This document shows positions 59,369 through 64,000 of a DNA stretch of 64,000 nt, one piece after another. The DNA lies in assembly GCA_944329425.1 (NCBI GenBank), contig CALVIG010000003.1, positions 51,460-115,459 on the forward strand, read 5' to 3'. The DNA is from an uncultured Bacilli bacterium (GTDB lineage: Bacteria > Bacillota_I > Bacilli_A > RF39 > UBA660). Position 1 is the first letter of the stretch; every line of letters begins with the position of its first letter. Made by a program: the position numbers and the translations under genes. Under the pieces are notes generated by a model. The model worked only from the letters and a program-made list of their open reading frames with translations. It made no database searches and was not told the DNA's origin.

Positions 59369-61474
59369 ATGGCTAATAAAAATACTAACTTGCAAAACGC
59401 AAAAAAAGCAAAAGATGATGAATTTTATACGAGATATGAAGATATTTATAACGAAGTAATTCAATATAAAAAACATTTTAATAATAAAATAGTTTTGTGT
59501 AATTGTGATGACCCGTTTGAATCAAATTTCTGCAAATTTTTTTTGAAAAATTTTAACGTATTGAAGTTAAAAAGATTGATTTGTACAACTTATTATTGTT
59601 CAAAAATTGTTTCTAAAGAATTTGAATTTTTAAAAAAGGAAAAGAAGAAAAACAAAAAGTATGGATATGTTTTAGACGTCACCAAGTTTTCAAATATTAA
59701 TGGAGAAATTCCTGATGAAATAATTTATGATTTCCTTAAAAAAGCAGATTGTATAAAAAGATTAAATGGTGATGGAGATTTTCAAAGTGATGAGTGTATT
59801 GAGTATGTAAAATTATCAGATATAATTGTAACAAATCCACCTTTTTCCTTGTTTAGAGAATTTGTATCTATTATTACAAAATATCAAAAAAAATTTTTAA
59901 TAGTAGGTAATCAAAATGCATTGACTTATAAAGAAATTTTCCCACTAATAAAAAATGATAAGATATGGACTGGTTTTCAATTTGGTGAGATGAAATTTAG
60001 AGTTCCAAAAACATCAAAACCAAGAACAACTAGATATTGGGTTGATGAGTCTGGTCAAAAGTGGAGAAGTCTTGGTAATGCCATGTGGTTAACAAATATT
60101 GATAACGAAAGAAGACATAGACAAATAAATTTAACGAAAAAATATGATCCCAATGAATATCCTAAATATGATAATTATGATGCTATTAATGTAAAAACTA
60201 TAAATGATATACCTTATGATTTTTATGGAATAATGGGGGTACCTATAACGATTATAAATAGATATAATAGTGAACAATTTGAGATAGTTGGTGAGGCTAA
60301 TCATGGCTCTGATAACGAATATGATTTATTTAAACCAATATTAAATGGTAGGGAACTATATAAAAAAATTTTGATTAGAAGAAGAATCAAAGATGTAAAA
60401 ATAAAAGAGTTTTTGATTTTAGATTTATTTAGTGGGGCAGGTGGATTTTCGTACGGAATGGAAAAAAATCCTCATTTTAAAACAGTAGTAGCTCTAGATT
60501 TTAATAAATATGCATTAGATACTTTTAAAAGTAATATGCCAGATTCAGAAATCATATGTGGTGATATTACTAATGACGAAATAAAAGAGCAGGTTATTAA
60601 AATAAGTAGAGAAAAAAAAGTAAATATGATTATTGGTGGGCCCCCATGTCAGGGGTTCTCGTTGAAAGGAAAGAAATTAGGTTTGGATGATCCTAGAAAT
60701 TATTTATTTAGTGAGTATTTAAAAATAGTTGAAGCATTAAAACCGGAAGTTTTTATTATTGAAAATGTCAAGGCTTTATTGTCAACATCGGCTGGATGGT
60801 TTAAGAATCAAATAATTGAAAAAGTCTCTAAAATGGGATATTTTATTGAATGTGGAATATTGACAGCATCAGATTTTGGCGTTCCACAATCCAGGCAAAG
60901 AGCAATATTTATATGTTCAAAAAATAAAAAAATATCGCTTCCTAGTGCAACTGTTAAAAATAAAGTGACAGTTAAAGATGCAATTTATGATTTGGCGTTC
61001 CTTAATTCTGGAGAAGGAGATTTCGAACAAAATTATCAATTATCAGTGACTAGTAAATATCAAAAAGATATGAGAAAAGGTTGTAAAAAATTATATAATC
61101 ATCAAGCTTCTAATCATGCAAAGATTGCAATACAAAAATTAGAAATGATTCCACCAGAAGGTGGGAAAGAATTTTTACCAAAAGAAATGTTAGGAAAACA
61201 AAAATATAGTGGAACATGGGGGAGATTAAAATGGGATGATGTTTCTCCAACTATTGATACTAGATTTGATGCAGCATCAAATGGAACAAATAATCATCCG
61301 TTTTTAAATAGGGCAATAACTCCTAGGGAAGCAGCAAGATTACAATCTTTTGATGATAAATTTATTTTTTTAGGATCAAAAGTGCATGTTAGAGAACAAA
61401 TAGGGAATGCTGTTCCCCCTCTATTGGCAAAGGCAATAGCAGATAAAATATATATGGAATTAGGTGATGAATAA
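59369..61474 (+). CDS. Fused DNA methyltransferase: N-terminal EcoRI-methylase-type N6-adenine MTase domain plus C-terminal C5-cytosine MTase domain
   Basis: N-terminus NAKKAKDDEFYTRYEDI...IVLCNCDDPFESNF...IIVTNPPF (EcoRI methylase family blocks plus the NPPF motif). C-terminal half has FSGAGGF (motif I), GGPPCQGFS (PCQ, motif IV), ENV (VI) and QIGNAVPPLLA (X). Confidence 0.85.
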   Translation: MANKNTNLQNAKKAKDDEFYTRYEDIYNEVIQYKKHFNNKIVLCNCDDPFESNFCKFFLKNFNVLKLKRLICTTYYCSKIVSKEFEFLKKEKKKNKKYGYVLDVTKFSNINGEIPDEIIYDFLKKADCIKRLNGDGDFQSDECIEYVKLSDIIVTNPPFSLFREFVSIITKYQKKFLIVGNQNALTYKEIFPLIKNDKIWTGFQFGEMKFRVPKTSKPRTTRYWVDESGQKWRSLGNAMWLTNIDNERRHRQINLTKKYDPNEYPKYDNYDAINVKTINDIPYDFYGIMGVPITIINRYNSEQFEIVGEANHGSDNEYDLFKPILNGRELYKKILIRRRIKDVKIKEFLILDLFSGAGGFSYGMEKNPHFKTVVALDFNKYALDTFKSNMPDSEIICGDITNDEIKEQVIKISREKKVNMIIGGPPCQGFSLKGKKLGLDDPRNYLFSEYLKIVEALKPEVFIIENVKALLSTSAGWFKNQIIEKVSKMGYFIECGILTASDFGVPQSRQRAIFICSKNKKISLPSATVKNKVTVKDAIYDLAFLNSGEGDFEQNYQLSVTSKYQKDMRKGCKKLYNHQASNHAKIAIQKLEMIPPEGGKEFLPKEMLGKQKYSGTWGRLKWDDVSPTIDTRFDAASNGTNNHPFLNRAITPREAARLQSFDDKFIFLGSKVHVREQIGNAVPPLLAKAIADKIYMELGDE

Positions 61475-62349
61475 TGAATACAGAAATGGCATATTTGTTA
61501 GGAATGATTTTGGGAAATGGTGAAATACAACAAGGAATTAATGAAACGGTTGTTACAATAGATATTCCTCATAAAAATTTATACACAGATGATGAGAAAG
61601 ATGTTAGAGTATATGTTAAGGCTAGTTTAATGGATATAAGACAAATAGTAGAACCATTGATAGGGACTGATATTAGCTATACACAAAGTAGAAAATCTAC
61701 TTCTATTTCATTCAAAAAGTCAAACGCCGAATATGTAATGCGGCAAATCTTACATTATGTAGGTAATGGAAGCAAGCATGCATATATGGAAATGAATGAT
61801 GATTTATTTAATATAAAAAAAGATGAGAAGAAAGCACTTTTAAGAGGAATGGCTGATGTTACTGGGTACATTCGTAGGAGTAATTTGGCTTATGGAGTAG
61901 CAGGAGCACATCGTGTGTATATTGAAATACCTTGTAATTGGAAGATGGTAATTGATGTTGCAAATCTTTTAAAAGATATTGATGTTCCTATTCAAAATAT
62001 AGATTTTGGACATCCAAACTTTCGAGATAGTAATTTAAAAAAGTATAATTCAGGCCAAAAATTATATTGGAAAAAAGAACATCAAATTAAAATATACGCA
62101 AATGAATTTTTACCAATTGGATTTAGTATTAGTCATAAACAAGAAGCTTTGATAAAATATAGTAAAGAATTGCTTAATCACATGAGTCCAGAAACAACAC
62201 ATAAATTTTATTGGCAAAAAAATAATAAAGTAAACAAAATTAAGCCAATACATCCTGGTGAAAATGATAGCTCTTTGCCTACGTCAATACGTGGTAAACA
62301 TTATAATTCATGGACTGAGTTAGCAAAGGATTTGGGATATCATGAGTAA
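61474..62349 (+). CDS. Hypothetical protein with two LAGLIDADG-like motifs (candidate endonuclease)
   Basis: AYLLGMILGNGEI and LLRGMADVTGYI resemble the duplicated LAGLIDADG helices. The start overlaps the MTase stop. Confidence 0.3.
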   Translation: MNTEMAYLLGMILGNGEIQQGINETVVTIDIPHKNLYTDDEKDVRVYVKASLMDIRQIVEPLIGTDISYTQSRKSTSISFKKSNAEYVMRQILHYVGNGSKHAYMEMNDDLFNIKKDEKKALLRGMADVTGYIRRSNLAYGVAGAHRVYIEIPCNWKMVIDVANLLKDIDVPIQNIDFGHPNFRDSNLKKYNSGQKLYWKKEHQIKIYANEFLPIGFSISHKQEALIKYSKELLNHMSPETTHKFYWQKNNKVNKIKPIHPGENDSSLPTSIRGKHYNSWTELAKDLGYHE

Positions 62350-62836
62350 TGTTGCATTAGAAATAGAATTGTATGAGCCAATGAGAATTTGGTTTCAACA
62401 ATATTTAGAAGATAAATATAAAAATGCTGAAATAATTACAGTAGATGCTCATGCAAGAACCTTAGATAGTTACTTGCAAAAATATGGCGTTTTAAAATAT
62501 TATCCTTTAACAATCGGATTGAATATTCAAATAGATGTTTTAGGTATTATAAAACAGAAAAACAAAGTGTCATTAGCTTTTATTGAGGCCAAAAAGACCC
62601 AATTAAATTTACATGATTTGGGGCAGCTATGGGCATATTGCAAGTTATGCGACCCACAAGAAGCATTTTTGCTATCTTCACAAGGGTTAGGTAGTTTAAA
62701 TAAAATATTCAATCATTTATTGAGAGAAGATTTACTTGATTTTGGAGATGGAAAATTAATTAAAAAGATGAAAGTAGGTAAATGGGACATTCTGACAAAC
62801 AGTATAGATTATAACTCATTAATACCAAAAATATAA
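62342..62836 (+). CDS. Hypothetical protein with PD-(D/E)xK-like nuclease motif
   Basis: IQIDVLGII...(13 aa)...FIEAKKT fits a D...EAK nuclease core pattern. Overlaps the upstream gene. Confidence 0.3.
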   Translation: MSNVALEIELYEPMRIWFQQYLEDKYKNAEIITVDAHARTLDSYLQKYGVLKYYPLTIGLNIQIDVLGIIKQKNKVSLAFIEAKKTQLNLHDLGQLWAYCKLCDPQEAFLLSSQGLGSLNKIFNHLLREDLLDFGDGKLIKKMKVGKWDILTNSIDYNSLIPKI

Positions 62837-62929
62837 TTTAATATTCAAATAGAAAAATATATAAAAGCGCTAGTACAGGCTTAATCTATTTAGGTTTTGT
62901 ATTGCGCTTTTTTAGTAGTAGGAGGAATT

Positions 62930-64000
62930 ATGCAGTATAATATTTTTAGAGTAAAAGATGAAAAAGGGCTTTTAGAGGAAATGAAAATAAAAAATTACAT
63001 TAAAAGTAATAATGAAAAAAAGGTAGATAATTATAAACTGTCATTATATTATTGTAAAAATGACAGTTCAAAAATATCATGGCAAAACATATTAAATGAG
63101 TTTAATGTTGATATAACAATAGATAAAGATAATTTGAAAGGGATATTATTAATATCTTCTGATATAGATTTTTATGCAGTTACATATGGTATGAGTAGTT
63201 CATTAGTGCAAAAGTATTGCGATACAGATTTTGCGATGAATATCGCTAAACGTGTAGAAGTTTCAAAAATAAAAAGAAAAGCAGCAAAGTTTTTAAATGG
63301 AAGTACTAGCAGTTTAGTAAAAACTATGTCTAATGCAAACATAATTGTTTTGGATAGAGGAGAATCTGTTGTTAATTTAGAAATTATACCTGATGAGTCT
63401 GAAAATTTAGGGAAGTGTATTATTATTGGAAAATCCTTAAAATTAAATCTAGATAAAAATATTGATAATATATCTGAAATTATATCAATAATAAAAAATA
63501 TTGAGAATAGAGAAGATAAAAGACCGATACCATTATTCGTAAAAGTGACTGATGATGACTTAAAATCTAGAATATGGGATTCATTAAATTCTGAGTTTAT
63601 GAAAAATATAAAAAACATTAATTTTTCACTTGATGAAATGAATGTTTTGGGGAGTTCAATATATTTTGATGATAATTTTAGATTAGAGTTAGCATATTTA
63701 AATAAAAAAGAAGAAATATCAATTTTAAGTACTGATATAGTGAGAAATTTTATTGAAAAAAATGATATAAAAATCGATAAAGTTTTAGATTATATAAAGA
63801 TAAAATATATTTCTGATAGTGGTAATTTTGTACGTTCTTTAAAAGAAGTTGTAACTTTTGATTTTAGTTATGAGAATACAAATTACGTTGTTTATGATGG
63901 TGATATTTACTACTATAATGATGATTTTTATCAAAATATTAAAGATGGATTAAGATTGATAGAATTTAAACCATATGATAAAGTGGATGATAAAAGTATT
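62930..64000 (+). CDS. TIGR04141-family (sporadically distributed) protein, N-terminal about 357 aa (3' end lies outside the window)
   Basis: Open frame from ATG 62930 (RBS AGGAGG) to the window end. Sequence features (FYAVTYG, ...IVLDRGE...) resemble the TIGR04141 family that is common in defence islands. Confidence 0.4.
   Translation, partial: MQYNIFRVKDEKGLLEEMKIKNYIKSNNEKKVDNYKLSLYYCKNDSSKISWQNILNEFNVDITIDKDNLKGILLISSDIDFYAVTYGMSSSLVQKYCDTDFAMNIAKRVEVSKIKRKAAKFLNGSTSSLVKTMSNANIIVLDRGESVVNLEIIPDESENLGKCIIIGKSLKLNLDKNIDNISEIISIIKNIENREDKRPIPLFVKVTDDDLKSRIWDSLNSEFMKNIKNINFSLDEMNVLGSSIYFDDNFRLELAYLNKKEEISILSTDIVRNFIEKNDIKIDKVLDYIKIKYISDSGNFVRSLKEVVTFDFSYENTNYVVYDGDIYYYNDDFYQNIKDGLRLIEFKPYDKVDDKSI

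Overview
This window is low-GC chromosome (core genes about 30% GC, accessory blocks about 20-25%) from a spore-forming Firmicute; spoIIR and a cwlC-type amidase are both present.

From 1 to about 20.6 kb the content is conserved core: the prfA 3' end, prmC, spoIIR, fba, murA, rpmE, the str operon rpsL-rpsG-fusA-tuf, a divergent FemAB-family gene, eno, then secG-rnr-(capA-like)-smpB-ssrA(tmRNA) in a Bacillus-like order.

Directly 3' of the tmRNA lies an extremely AT-rich cargo block (P-loop kinase-like gene, ABC exporter, GNAT, nitroreductase). The next stretch returns to core-like genes: an M18 aminopeptidase, uvsE, a tRNA, cdaA-cdaR and rplM-rpsI. An IS3-family element then sits next to an Abi_2 abortive-infection gene. 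After it come an htrA-like protease, a collagen-like beta-helix protein and a GNAT-NUDIX fusion.

The main signal is a roughly 16 kb AT-rich element spanning about 42.0 to 58.0 kb. It appears to split a cwlC-type Amidase_3 gene, is bounded by an 8-bp repeated core (CTGGACAT), and carries a large serine recombinase at its right end. Its cargo comprises:
- two paralogous sigma-70-region-4-like regulators, each embedded in a duplicated leader/terminator/TTGACA module;
- a phage tail-collar fibre-like protein;
- a 2067-aa Rhs/YD-repeat polymorphic toxin with no signal peptide, plus an overlapping immunity-like gene;
- a phage-type lysis cassette (BhlA/BhlB-like holins plus an M23 endolysin).

This is a PaLoc/skin-like arrangement that suggests holin/endolysin-dependent release of an Rhs toxin from an excisable element.

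The last 6 kb hold a TnpV-like gene, a fused EcoRI-type m6A plus C5-cytosine DNA methyltransferase, two small putative nuclease genes and a TIGR04141-family gene, which together look like a defence island. No CRISPR array or rRNA genes were seen.
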